32,000 nucleotides of DNA from Promethearchaeum syntrophicum (GCF_008000775.2 NZ_CP042905.2:330001-362000); one strand, 5' to 3'. Positions 7,633 through 16,341 are shown, counted from the stretch's first letter. The notes: generated from the letters alone by a model not told the origin. A program made the numbers and translations.

Positions 7633-8892
7633 TTATTCCTGATTTTTATTTGATATAAGTTTTGGAAGTATTTTAAATGTGTTTAGAAATGGTTCCACAA
7701 CGCTCGTAAAAAGCGTATTTATTCCATCATATTTTTCCTTCGAATCGAATATTTCTGCGATTTCTGGAGGTTCAATGTAGGTATCTTGAAATTTTGGGTT
7801 ATTTTTTTTATTTAATTTCATTAAATCAATAAATGCTTCTAATCGTGTACGCATGCCTTCATATCCAGTGTGTTCATCAAAACTATAGAATTGAATCGGT
7901 AAATAAAAAGGGTCTGGTTGTTGACCTTCAATTATACCCCGAGCTGAGACTTCTGGCATGCAAGTAAATGGATAAGCGTGAATAAAGCCATCGAATCCTT
8001 TTTTTTGGCATTCTATATAGTGGCCTACCACCCATATTGCTTCTCCTCCTATATCCATGGGGATATAATCCTTAGCTATTCGTTCAAGAACTTTGCGTTT
8101 AAAATTTACGTGTAATTTATGCATTACCCATCCGTATAGGCTATTTCCTTGATGGACCTCTATGCCTTCATCTCCAAATTTTTTAACTATATCCATATTT
8201 ATATAAGGTTCCAGTACAATGTGATTTTCTCCCGCTATCATTATTCTAAGCGGTTTTTTATCTCTGTTTATTGGTATTTTTTTAAATTCTCTTTTTATTA
8301 CTTTATTGAATTGGTGCAATTTCTGAAAGTCCCATTCATTATCTAATAATTTTAGCAATTTTTCCGCAGTTTTAGTGGTATCTCCTCTATTAATTTCTCG
8401 ACACCTAATTAATCCTTCATAACGGGTGATATCTTCAATATAACTACCTTTTAAAAAAGCAAACCGGATCCCCCGAATGATATCCACCATACGCATTAGT
8501 TTGCCCTTTACGTTAGTAATTTTGTAAAAAGGTTCCAGCCATTGAAAATCAAGTAAATCATCTTGCTGAATTGGAATAATTGTTACATCATATCCTAAAT
8601 CTTTCAGAATTCTCTCTTGAATTGGAGCATAAAATCCAAGACGACAAGGACCACAATCAATTGACATTATGAAAACATTGCAATTATAATTCTCAATCAT
8701 ATTGATAAATTCTCCAAGAGTTACTTTGAAAGGAAGACATACAAATTCGGGTGAGTATTTTGCACCAATTTCTACAATTTCTCTTGTTACTACAGGAGGA
8801 TCTACAACTTCTACACCTGGAATTGGATAATATAATCCCTTGAAACCAATTTTACTCCACCCCATGCTTGGAAAGCTTACTCTAAGTACCAT
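7633..8892 (-). CDS. HgdB/BcrC-fold subunit (HGD-D-like; PlsR-like) of an ATP-dependent dehydratase/reductase-family enzyme
   Basis: The 419-aa ORF starts 13 nt after the upstream gene and ends 2 nt before the ATPase gene. Cys contexts typical of this fold are EFVCLPFK, SIDCGPCRLGFY and PFTCMPEV. Confidence 0.65.
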   Translation of the reverse strand: MVLRVSFPSMGWSKIGFKGLYYPIPGVEVVDPPVVTREIVEIGAKYSPEFVCLPFKVTLGEFINMIENYNCNVFIMSIDCGPCRLGFYAPIQERILKDLGYDVTIIPIQQDDLLDFQWLEPFYKITNVKGKLMRMVDIIRGIRFAFLKGSYIEDITRYEGLIRCREINRGDTTKTAEKLLKLLDNEWDFQKLHQFNKVIKREFKKIPINRDKKPLRIMIAGENHIVLEPYINMDIVKKFGDEGIEVHQGNSLYGWVMHKLHVNFKRKVLERIAKDYIPMDIGGEAIWVVGHYIECQKKGFDGFIHAYPFTCMPEVSARGIIEGQQPDPFYLPIQFYSFDEHTGYEGMRTRLEAFIDLMKLNKKNNPKFQDTYIEPPEIAEIFDSKEKYDGINTLFTSVVEPFLNTFKILPKLISNKNQE

Positions 8893-8905
8893 TTTCTGTC
8901 TACCT

Positions 8906-9958
8906 TTATTGAAATTTTTCTCGACGGATCATATCGGTAAAAGATTCGATTCGAGTAATTAAACCCGACTCTCCTGAATGTTCATCTAATACAAGATCTA
9001 AATAAGGAATCTTCCTTTTTTTCATATCACGCATTATAATTTCCTGTATAAGACTATCAGGCCCACACGCAAATGATATTAAAAATATTATACCATCTAT
9101 TTTATTGCTACCATTACTTAAACAATATCGAGCAGTTTTTAATATTTCATCTTCGCTTTGCCAATATTGATGATATTGCTCATTTATTGTTATTTTCTCA
9201 CTAAATTCTGATTTTGGGAGATTTTCTATTGTTGTAATATTACAATCCATTGCTTGAAGCCGACTAATTAAATCCCTGTTTATATGGGTTTCATAGACAT
9301 TATATGCATGACCCAAAACTAAAATATTTACAGGAAATTTTCCTCGAATTGCTTCTGGAATAATTTGTTTTATAATTTTTTTTTTACGTTTGTGTTTGGG
9401 ATTACTATCAAGTTCATTGAGAAGTTCAATATAATCTCCTTCGCGAGCTTTATTTTGAAATTCTTCATATTTTCGAGTAGCATAATCCCATGCCTTTATC
9501 ATGGTTTCTCCATTATAACCCAAGATTTTTCCAAAATTTATTGCACTTTCGTGTTCACTATTTTTTTTCACATTGATTTCCAAAGTTATTATTGAAGTAT
9601 TTAAATTTAATCCATATTTCACTGCTTCTGGCAGAATTAGGAATTTTGGGCAAAAAAATTGTTCTTTATGACTTGAGACATAACGAGGAATAAAGATATA
9701 ATCCAAATCCGGAAATTCCGATAATAATTCTTTTACGTGCCCGAAATAAATTTTCATGGGAACACATAATTCAGAATTAGCTTCTTTTGTGCCCTCCTCA
9801 ACAATAACTGATGTAGTAGGACCTGATATTTTTACATCGCAATTTAAATAATCCAGAAAAGCTGTCCAAAATGGACCATATTTATAAAAATATAATGCTC
9901 TTGGTATTCCAATCTTTAATCGGTGCTTTTCTGTTTGACTCATTTTCGTGAACGACAC
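8906..9958 (-). CDS. DUF2229-like subunit (as in the C-terminal part of 'CoA-substrate-specific enzyme activase'/PlsA-type proteins)
   Basis: The N-terminal signature LKIGIPRALYFYKYGPFWTAFLDYLNCDVKISGPT matches my memory of the DUF2229 opening (IGIPRxLxxYExYPFWxTFF). ELCVPMKIYFGH and ISFACGPDS supply the Cys motifs. Confidence 0.65.
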   Translation of the reverse strand: MSFTKMSQTEKHRLKIGIPRALYFYKYGPFWTAFLDYLNCDVKISGPTTSVIVEEGTKEANSELCVPMKIYFGHVKELLSEFPDLDYIFIPRYVSSHKEQFFCPKFLILPEAVKYGLNLNTSIITLEINVKKNSEHESAINFGKILGYNGETMIKAWDYATRKYEEFQNKAREGDYIELLNELDSNPKHKRKKKIIKQIIPEAIRGKFPVNILVLGHAYNVYETHINRDLISRLQAMDCNITTIENLPKSEFSEKITINEQYHQYWQSEDEILKTARYCLSNGSNKIDGIIFLISFACGPDSLIQEIIMRDMKKRKIPYLDLVLDEHSGESGLITRIESFTDMIRREKFQ

Positions 9959-10070
9959 TTTAAATGTATCAATCTAATTAAAATTAACTCTTATTTTAAT
10001 ACATTTTTCCATTTATTTTGGTTCTAAAATTGCTGGATTTTGCAATTAAAAAAAAATGAGAAAAGTAATT

Positions 10071-10997
10071 TTATGAAATACTAAAATCTTTAGTGGAATC
10101 GGAAATTTTTTCTCCAATATCTTTCATTGGTGGTCTTGATGTTAAATTCTCTTCAATTTGAACTCGATCTTGATCAATAGAAATTGAAATTCCCTTACGA
10201 ATTATTCTCGAAACATTCATCTCTCCAGATTGAAGTATTAATACATCTTTTCGCATCTCATTTTTTATTTTTTGAACGTTTTCATAATTTAATTCCATTG
10301 AAGGGTCAATGTAAACCGGTTTTCCAATTACGACTTTAATTATACTTCCGTCACGTATCTTTATTTTATTTAAACTAGCATGTTTAGGAAAAACTTTGTA
10401 TGCTCCGAAAATTGAACATGGAACATATGGAACACCAACTTCTAAACAAAGTTTTGCTGCGCCACTATGAAATGGGGCTAATTCTCCATCTGGACTTCTT
10501 GTTCCTTCAGGAAACATACCAACACACCCTCCATTTTCAAGTACTGCTTTAACCTTTTCTAATGCATCAACATCTTGTTGTCCACGTTTTATTGGTATTG
10601 TTCCAAATGGTTTTATAATAGATTTAAAGATTGGGATATCGAAGTTTTCAATTTTAGATAACCATTGAACTTTTTTATTTACTGCACTTCCAACTAACCA
10701 AGGATCCAATTCACTTTGGTGATTGCTTATAACCATTGCTCCACCATGCTGAGGAAAATTTTCTTTTCCGACAATTGGATATTCCCACAATAATTTAAAA
10801 ATTCGGATAAAATTAGCTCGACCTACATTCCAATAGATAAAATCATCAAAAACTTCTAACACTCCCAGTTTTCCCATAAAAATTCTGCTTAAATCTGCAA
10901 TTTTATCAAAAGGATTATTTTCGAGCAGAATTCGTGCAAGTGATTTTTTTTTAACTTTGAGATTTTCCTTCTTCTCAATTATTTTATCATTTACCAT
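10071..10997 (-). CDS. plsC: 1-acyl-sn-glycerol-3-phosphate acyltransferase family (PlsC/LPLAT) protein
   Basis: Acyltransferase motif I is SNHQSELD (HX4D). Motif III is FPEGTRSPDG. Motif IV-like is VPYVPCSIFG. The length is 308 aa. Confidence 0.8.
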   Translation of the reverse strand: MVNDKIIEKKENLKVKKKSLARILLENNPFDKIADLSRIFMGKLGVLEVFDDFIYWNVGRANFIRIFKLLWEYPIVGKENFPQHGGAMVISNHQSELDPWLVGSAVNKKVQWLSKIENFDIPIFKSIIKPFGTIPIKRGQQDVDALEKVKAVLENGGCVGMFPEGTRSPDGELAPFHSGAAKLCLEVGVPYVPCSIFGAYKVFPKHASLNKIKIRDGSIIKVVIGKPVYIDPSMELNYENVQKIKNEMRKDVLILQSGEMNVSRIIRKGISISIDQDRVQIEENLTSRPPMKDIGEKISDSTKDFSIS

Positions 10998-11124
10998 TCA
11001 AGTAAACTCCAATAAAACCTTACCAAAGTCGTTAATCAAACGATTAGGATTAAAAATTAATAAATCAATTTAAACAATTTCACCAGAAGCATAAGGTGAT
11101 TTGTAGCGAAGTTAACAAAATCAA

Positions 11125-11751
11125 TCACTCATTACTCTGTAAATCCATATAATTCACTATTCGAGTAATATGCGATTTCAATAATATATTGCAAGCCTCA
11201 ATTTGTTCAATAGATTTTTCAATTTCTTTTTGTAATGTTTCCAACTCATCTTTAGGGGTATCAAGTGAAACCATTTTCGATATTTTATCTTCAAAATGTA
11301 TCAGAATTGGAGCTAAGTATTGAGTAGTAAAATTTTTCTTTGGAATTTTGGATATTTCTTTAACTTGGGTGTCGTCGTGAATGTTTCCCTCTTTTAACGC
11401 CATATCAAGAGCTTCGGGATTTAAAGATATAATTTCATCAATTAGTTTTCTACCAAATTTATTAATTTTATAGAATATTTGTTGCCTATTGGAATCTTTT
11501 TGCATATTGGTTTGCATAACAATTAAATTATCTTGTTTTAATTTCTTCAAAATGGGGTAAACAGTCCCTGATTTCACATTCCAACTATATTTATTCTGTA
11601 GGTGCTGCATGATTTGATATCCATATACTACTCTTGCTTTATTTAAGGGATCATCCTCTAATTCTGCAATTGCCATTAATACAAGAGTTGTTGCTACAGA
11701 AACGGTTTTATTTCTTGATTTTGAATCCAACCGAATTTTTTTTGAAAACAT
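11125..11751 (-). CDS. PadR-family winged-helix transcriptional regulator with long C-terminal helical extension
   Basis: The PadR core reads VVYGYQIMQHLQNKYSWNVKSGTVYPILKKLKQDNLIVMQ. The start lies 9 nt after the upstream membrane-protein gene. Confidence 0.75.
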   Translation of the reverse strand: MFSKKIRLDSKSRNKTVSVATTLVLMAIAELEDDPLNKARVVYGYQIMQHLQNKYSWNVKSGTVYPILKKLKQDNLIVMQTNMQKDSNRQQIFYKINKFGRKLIDEIISLNPEALDMALKEGNIHDDTQVKEISKIPKKNFTTQYLAPILIHFEDKISKMVSLDTPKDELETLQKEIEKSIEQIEACNILLKSHITRIVNYMDLQSNE

Positions 11752-11760
11752 TTTTTTTTC

Positions 11761-12408
11761 TTAGTCCTTATCATTAACACTATAATTTGAATCTGAAACT
11801 GTTTTTCTGACTTCTTCTTCTTCCATAGTTTTTTTTGCTTCAATTTCTCTCAATTTTTCAAATTCTTTTCTGATTTTTTTTTCTAATTTAGTTTTATCAG
11901 AATCTCTGAAGACAACCCAAGCATGTACTGTTATAAAAAATCCAAGAAAAGTGAATACATATATCCACCACTTTGAGTTTATATCAATTAAATAATTTGT
12001 TAAATAATTTATATATACCAAAAGCCCTCCGATTGCAATATTCATAACCGTAGTAATTAGAAATACTCGTTTATCATAATCATTAATGTTCATGGTGATT
12101 ACTATCATTGCATGTGCGATTAATCCTACACCCCATATTAAAATAGGCCACGCTGCCCAAAAATCCGTAATTTCATTAATTGGGATTGGATCTTCAAAAA
12201 CGTTCAAATTTATCAATATCAATAATGTATTTGTAAGTAAATATATGATGGTATGGCTTTTTAAAGTGGATTTTATCAAAACTCGCTTTCGTGCAATTTC
12301 AGCTAATTCTAAATGTTCAATTGGAATATCTTCTTCTTCTTCTATTGAAGATTCATCATCTTCACTTTTATTTACTTCCTTTACTAAACGCCTTATTATT
12401 GAAGACAT
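11761..12408 (-). CDS. Membrane protein with two tandem 2TM-type domains and charged termini
   Basis: There are two hydrophobic-pair modules: IIYLLTNTLLILINLNVF...FWAAWPILIWGVGLIAHAMIV, then LITTVMNIAIGGLLVYINY...WWIYVFTFLGFFITVHAWVVF. These resemble the 2TM domain pattern (N-rich helix, then W-P-x-x-x-WG-x-G-L-x-x-H). The N-terminus is acidic and the C-terminus is Lys/Glu-rich. Confidence 0.65.
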   Translation of the reverse strand: MSSIIRRLVKEVNKSEDDESSIEEEEDIPIEHLELAEIARKRVLIKSTLKSHTIIYLLTNTLLILINLNVFEDPIPINEITDFWAAWPILIWGVGLIAHAMIVITMNINDYDKRVFLITTVMNIAIGGLLVYINYLTNYLIDINSKWWIYVFTFLGFFITVHAWVVFRDSDKTKLEKKIRKEFEKLREIEAKKTMEEEEVRKTVSDSNYSVNDKD

Positions 12409-12412
12409 ATTC

Positions 12413-12601
12413 TCACTTCTTTAATTTACGTGGTTGCCAACCTTCACACGGCTCGGTAGTCGTCCGTTCCCCTTCCCATAAATGGCAATATCCTACAGAT
12501 TCTGGGTTAGAAAAACATTTTCCTTGGGGATCTTTACCATCTATATCACAAGAATGAAAATGAATACAAGTTAAACAAGATTTTTTTTTTTTATCGCTCA
12601 T
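12413..12601 (-). CDS. Small Cys-rich protein (62 aa), putative metal/Fe-S binding
   Basis: It has six Cys: CLTC-x5-C-x10-C-x9-C-x12-C, plus conserved-looking aromatic residues (HFH, HLW, EGW). The stop lies 4 nt before the 2TM gene start. The sequence is locally GC-richer than its surroundings. Codons 4-7 are an A12 run (KKKK). Confidence 0.55.
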   Translation of the reverse strand: MSDKKKKSCLTCIHFHSCDIDGKDPQGKCFSNPESVGYCHLWEGERTTTEPCEGWQPRKLKK

Positions 12602-12669
12602 TAGTTCAAAATACGAAAAGAAATAATAATATATATTTCTTCTTAACCTAATTAATTCAATAATTATTA

Positions 12670-12697
12670 TTTAAAATTTAAAATTTAAAATTTAAAA
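12670..12697. repeat. (TTTAAAA)x4 perfect tandem heptamer in a divergent promoter region
   Basis: Four exact copies sit at 12670-12676, 12677-12683, 12684-12690 and 12691-12697. They lie between the minus-strand start at 12601 and the plus-strand GTG at 12717. Each unit contains a TATA-box-like TTTAAA. Confidence 0.9.
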
Positions 12698-12716
12698 TTA
12701 AAAGAAGTGAAAAAAA

Positions 12717-13595
12717 GTGAAAATTGGCTGGATTGGAACAGGTACCACAGGAAAACCAATGGTTTCTCATCTTATCAAAGCAGGTAATGATGTGATTGTC
12801 TATAATCGAACTCTTAGTAAATGCGATGATTTAACTGAATTAGGTGCAAAGGTTTGTACTACACCTAAAGAAGTCACTGAAAAAGCAGATATAATCTTTA
12901 CAATGTTAGGTTTCCCATCAGATGTCGAAAATGTGTATTTCGGAGAAAATGGGATTTTATCGGGAGTTAACCCTGGCAAGATCCTTATTGACATGACAAC
13001 CTCTAGTCCCCGATTAGCAAAACGAATATATGATGATGCTAAAGAGAAAGGTGCCTTTTCACTGGATGCACCTATTGAGGGTGATGATTTAGCTGCACGG
13101 AAAAAGACTTTACATGTTATGGCTGGTGGAGATGAAGAAATATTTGAAGATGTTTATCAATTATTCATGACAGTTGCAGAAAATGCAACATATATGGGTG
13201 AAGCCGGTTCAGGTCAAAATACCAAAATGGCTAATCAAATTTTAATAGCCGATACGATGATTGGTGTTGTAGAATCGTTATTATATGCATATAAAACCGG
13301 TTTGGATTTAAAAAAAGTAATTGGTGTAATTGGTAAAGGAACTGCTTCTTCTTGGTCAATTAATAATTTAGGAAGGAGAATAATTAAAAAGAAATTCAAT
13401 CCTGGTTTTTATATAAAGCATTTTGTCAAAGATATGGGTATTATTTTAGAAGAATCAGAACGTATGCGTCTCGCTCTCCCTGGACTTTCATTAGTTCGTC
13501 AATTCTATATCGCTGCAATGAACTTGGGGATGGAAAATTTAGGAACTCAAGGAATTTATAAAGTTTTTGCGAAAATGAATGGAATTGATTTATAA
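12717..13595 (+). CDS. NAD(P)-dependent beta-hydroxyacid dehydrogenase (3-hydroxyisobutyrate / tartronate-semialdehyde reductase family)
   Basis: GTG start. The N-terminal Rossmann motif is KIGWIGTGTTGKPMVSHL. DMTTSSP and the catalytic-Lys context GSGQNTKMANQI are typical of the HIBADH/6PGDH-like family. The length is 292 aa. Confidence 0.8.
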   Translation: MKIGWIGTGTTGKPMVSHLIKAGNDVIVYNRTLSKCDDLTELGAKVCTTPKEVTEKADIIFTMLGFPSDVENVYFGENGILSGVNPGKILIDMTTSSPRLAKRIYDDAKEKGAFSLDAPIEGDDLAARKKTLHVMAGGDEEIFEDVYQLFMTVAENATYMGEAGSGQNTKMANQILIADTMIGVVESLLYAYKTGLDLKKVIGVIGKGTASSWSINNLGRRIIKKKFNPGFYIKHFVKDMGIILEESERMRLALPGLSLVRQFYIAAMNLGMENLGTQGIYKVFAKMNGIDL

Positions 13596-13651
13596 TCTTT
13601 TTTTGTTCGCATTATCACAAACAATAAATATAATATTCGGGAGAAAAAAAG

Positions 13652-14914
13652 TTGTTTTCTAAATTAAAAAGTACTTATCACGAATTTCCAAAGAATTTTT
13701 GGTTAATTGTTGTCGCGGCTTTTGTTGATGGCATTGGTATGTATATTCTCTTTCCATTTTTTGGTCTTTATATTACTGGTCATTTTGATGTAGGAGTAAC
13801 TGAAGTTGGTGTGGTCTTTATGTTATTTTCTATGGGAGGAATTATTGGAGGGATTCTAGGAGGTACTATTGCTGATAAACTAGGGCGTAAAGGAATAATC
13901 CTTTTTGGAATGATTACGAGTGGTTTATCCAGTGTATTTTTAGGTTATTTTATAGATATATCTTTTTTTTATTTCGCTGCTATTATTGTTGGAGTTTTTG
14001 GTAATATTGGAGGACCTGGGCGTCAAGCTATGGTCTCTGATATTTTACCCGGGAAACAATATGTAGAGGGTTTTGGGATTCTGCGTGTAGCTTCAAATTT
14101 AGCTGCCATAATAGGACCAGCGATAGGAGGGTTTCTTGCCGTAAAAGATTTCATGCTTATTTTTTATGCAGATGCAATACTCGGCATCGGAATGGCTATT
14201 ATTTTATGGATATTTCTTCCTGAGACCAAACCAGAGAAAAAAGGGGGTGAAAAATTGCATTCTCTTGTAGAAACTTTAAAAGGATACCGTTTAGTAATAA
14301 AAGATAGGATTTTTATGGCATTCTTTGGTGTTTTTACCTTAACCACAATGGTTTTTATACAATTAAATACTACGCTTTCTGTTTTTTTATTTGGAGCCTA
14401 CAACTTTCCGGCTGATAAATTTGGCCTATTATTAACAATGAATGCCACAATAATAGTTGTTTTTCAATTCTGGGTCACGCGAAAAATTAAAAAATTTCCT
14501 CCAATGATTATGATGGCTATTGGATCTTTGCTTTATACAATCGGATTTACAATGTTCGGTTTTGTTTCTCAAGAAATATTGTTCTTAGTGGCAATGATAA
14601 TCATAACTATGGGAAATATGATAACAGCCCCATTTTCTCAGAGTTTAGTTTCCTTTTTTGCCTTGGAAGATAAAAGAGGGAGGTATATGGCAATATTTGG
14701 TTTTTCTTGGATTCTTCCTATGCTGATTGGTGTTTTGGGTGCTGGGATTATATTAGATGGACCACATCCCAATTGGCTATGGTACTTAAGCGGAATTCTT
14801 TTAATCTTAGCTGTGATGGGATATTTATGGTTACATCAAGTATTAAAGCAGAAAACAGTTGAAGAAAAAGGAAATTTCCCAAATGAAGATAATGGTGGAA
14901 ACCCAATAAGATAA
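13652..14914 (+). CDS. MFS transporter (12 TMS)
   Basis: TTG start. MFS motif A is GGTIADKLGRKGIILFG. About 12 hydrophobic segments are arranged 6+6 around a charged central loop (ETKPEKKGGEK). Confidence 0.8.
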   Translation: MFSKLKSTYHEFPKNFWLIVVAAFVDGIGMYILFPFFGLYITGHFDVGVTEVGVVFMLFSMGGIIGGILGGTIADKLGRKGIILFGMITSGLSSVFLGYFIDISFFYFAAIIVGVFGNIGGPGRQAMVSDILPGKQYVEGFGILRVASNLAAIIGPAIGGFLAVKDFMLIFYADAILGIGMAIILWIFLPETKPEKKGGEKLHSLVETLKGYRLVIKDRIFMAFFGVFTLTTMVFIQLNTTLSVFLFGAYNFPADKFGLLLTMNATIIVVFQFWVTRKIKKFPPMIMMAIGSLLYTIGFTMFGFVSQEILFLVAMIIITMGNMITAPFSQSLVSFFALEDKRGRYMAIFGFSWILPMLIGVLGAGIILDGPHPNWLWYLSGILLILAVMGYLWLHQVLKQKTVEEKGNFPNEDNGGNPIR

Positions 14915-14928
14915 CTTAGTTTTATTTC

Positions 14929-16341
14929 TTATCTGTTTTTTAATTTTACTTTCTGAAGGAAAAAAAGTCCAATTCCATAAATTAAACCAATAACAGGGAA
15001 AATAAAAATAATTATCTGAGGATTCTCGGCATTATCTCCAACAAATATTATGCCTAATATTAAATTTGCAATTCCCGAAGAAATATTCATACTAAAAAGA
15101 TTTAACCCAAAGTAGGCTCCTGACAGATCTTCCTCCTGATTGTTCTCTTCACTTTGGGATTTTTCCACTTTGATTTCATCTACTAAAGCTGATGTTATTG
15201 GATTTGGAAATATAAATCCCGCGAGTAAACATGAAACTAAAAGACCAAAAATAATTACTCCTAATAAGATTCCAATCCACAATTTTGGAAAATTAAATAA
15301 GAATATCAAACCTGATATTGAAATACCAATACTTAATTTTATACTAATCGAAAATCCATTAATTAAACCAGTTTTTGAGATTAATTTCTGCCAAAAGAAA
15401 AATCCACTAATTGCAAAAGGTGCAATAAGTAAGAAGAAAATAAAATAATTCTCTTCCTTTAGATGCAATACAAAAGTTAAAAATGGGATCATTACAACGA
15501 TACAAAGTCTAAATGCCATATTGTAAAATATCGTTTGCCAAAGGAAGTTTTTGTTGTTAATATGCTTGGTTGGAGCAAATATTTGTTCAATACTTTTCTT
15601 AAAGTTAGTTCTTTTGAAGTTTGTTGATTCAATTTCAGTATCATCTTGTTTATAATTTTCTTGTGTGCTGAAAAAGGTGATAACTATTGCAATTGTAGAA
15701 ATTATTGTAATTATCCCCCCAATCCAAGGGGTTATTGATAAAATATGTTGTCCAGATAATTGCCACCATTTACTATTAAGTGGGTCAGATAATTGGCTTT
15801 GTAGGACCATAACTACTGCCATACCTCCTACAACACCAATAATATTAAATAATCCTTGTATTGAAGCAACTTTTACTCTTTCCTTTTCAGTGGGTGCTTG
15901 TTCAGGTAACATTGAATAGTATGGTGCAAAACCCATTGCTACAGATCCAGAAAATCCCACACCCACAACCCATAAGTAAATCGCTGTTGGCCAATACATT
16001 GTTTGACCATCAGGGCAGTTAGGAGGCATCCATATTAAAATCATGAAAAATATCATTCCAGGAAGGCTTAATAAGAGAAAAGGGCGACGCTTACCGAATT
16101 TTCCTATTTTCATATTATCAGAAATAACGCCAGAGAGAATTGCTCCAAGTGAGAAAACAACTAACCCAATAAACATTCCAATTGAAACTAGTAAAGCATC
16201 TAATCCTACTGTGTAAACGTAAAATTGAAAAGTATATGCGTTAACAAATGTTATTGGGAGCATAAAACCCATAGTTCCTATCGCAAATCCAATATAGTTT
16301 ATATTTTTCGATTTCAAATCTGTTTTTAAATTCATTTTCAA
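14929..16341 (-). CDS. Glycoside-pentoside-hexuronide (GPH)/MelB-like cation symporter family transporter
   Basis: It is a polytopic 470-aa protein. The GPH-like loop motif is SDNMKIGKFGKRRPFLLLSLPG. It sits next to glycoside hydrolase genes. Confidence 0.7.
   Translation of the reverse strand: MKMNLKTDLKSKNINYIGFAIGTMGFMLPITFVNAYTFQFYVYTVGLDALLVSIGMFIGLVVFSLGAILSGVISDNMKIGKFGKRRPFLLLSLPGMIFFMILIWMPPNCPDGQTMYWPTAIYLWVVGVGFSGSVAMGFAPYYSMLPEQAPTEKERVKVASIQGLFNIIGVVGGMAVVMVLQSQLSDPLNSKWWQLSGQHILSITPWIGGIITIISTIAIVITFFSTQENYKQDDTEIESTNFKRTNFKKSIEQIFAPTKHINNKNFLWQTIFYNMAFRLCIVVMIPFLTFVLHLKEENYFIFFLLIAPFAISGFFFWQKLISKTGLINGFSISIKLSIGISISGLIFLFNFPKLWIGILLGVIIFGLLVSCLLAGFIFPNPITSALVDEIKVEKSQSEENNQEEDLSGAYFGLNLFSMNISSGIANLILGIIFVGDNAENPQIIIFIFPVIGLIYGIGLFFLQKVKLKNR

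Noticed and set aside
8149-9595. Plus-strand ORFs 8149..8346 and 9365..9595 antisense to the HgdB-like/DUF2229-like genes
   Set aside because: These are shadow ORFs with Phe/Ile/Tyr-rich, low-complexity translations.
6512-9958. Reading the three-gene module as classical HgdABC 2-hydroxyglutaryl-CoA dehydratase (glutamate fermentation)
   Set aside because: I downgraded this reading but did not exclude it. The two large subunits carry the DUF2229-type opening (IGIPRALYFY...FW..F) and GPCRxG motifs rather than resembling HgdA/HgdB as I recall them. No glutaconate CoA-transferase or decarboxylase genes are nearby.
12421-12500. Locally GC-rich patch that might have been a tRNA or structured RNA
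   Set aside because: I could find no T-loop (GTTCRANYC) or D-loop features and no cloverleaf. The patch reads cleanly as the C-terminal part of the Cys-rich protein (EGERTTTEPCEGWQPRKLKK).
12086-12557. Plus-strand ORFs 12086..12424 and 12291..12557 antisense to the 2TM and Cys-rich genes
   Set aside because: The minus-strand readings give coherent TM-helix and Cys-motif proteins in a tight operon. The plus-strand translations are Ser/Leu-rich with no features.
12581-12592. T12 run considered as a terminator
   Set aside because: It lies inside the minus-strand Cys-rich ORF, where it encodes KKKK (an A12 run). It is not downstream of any plus-strand gene.
12670-12697. Tandem repeats considered as a CRISPR or minisatellite array
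   Set aside because: The units are 7 nt with no spacers, so this is far from CRISPR architecture. It is more simply an AT-rich promoter repeat.
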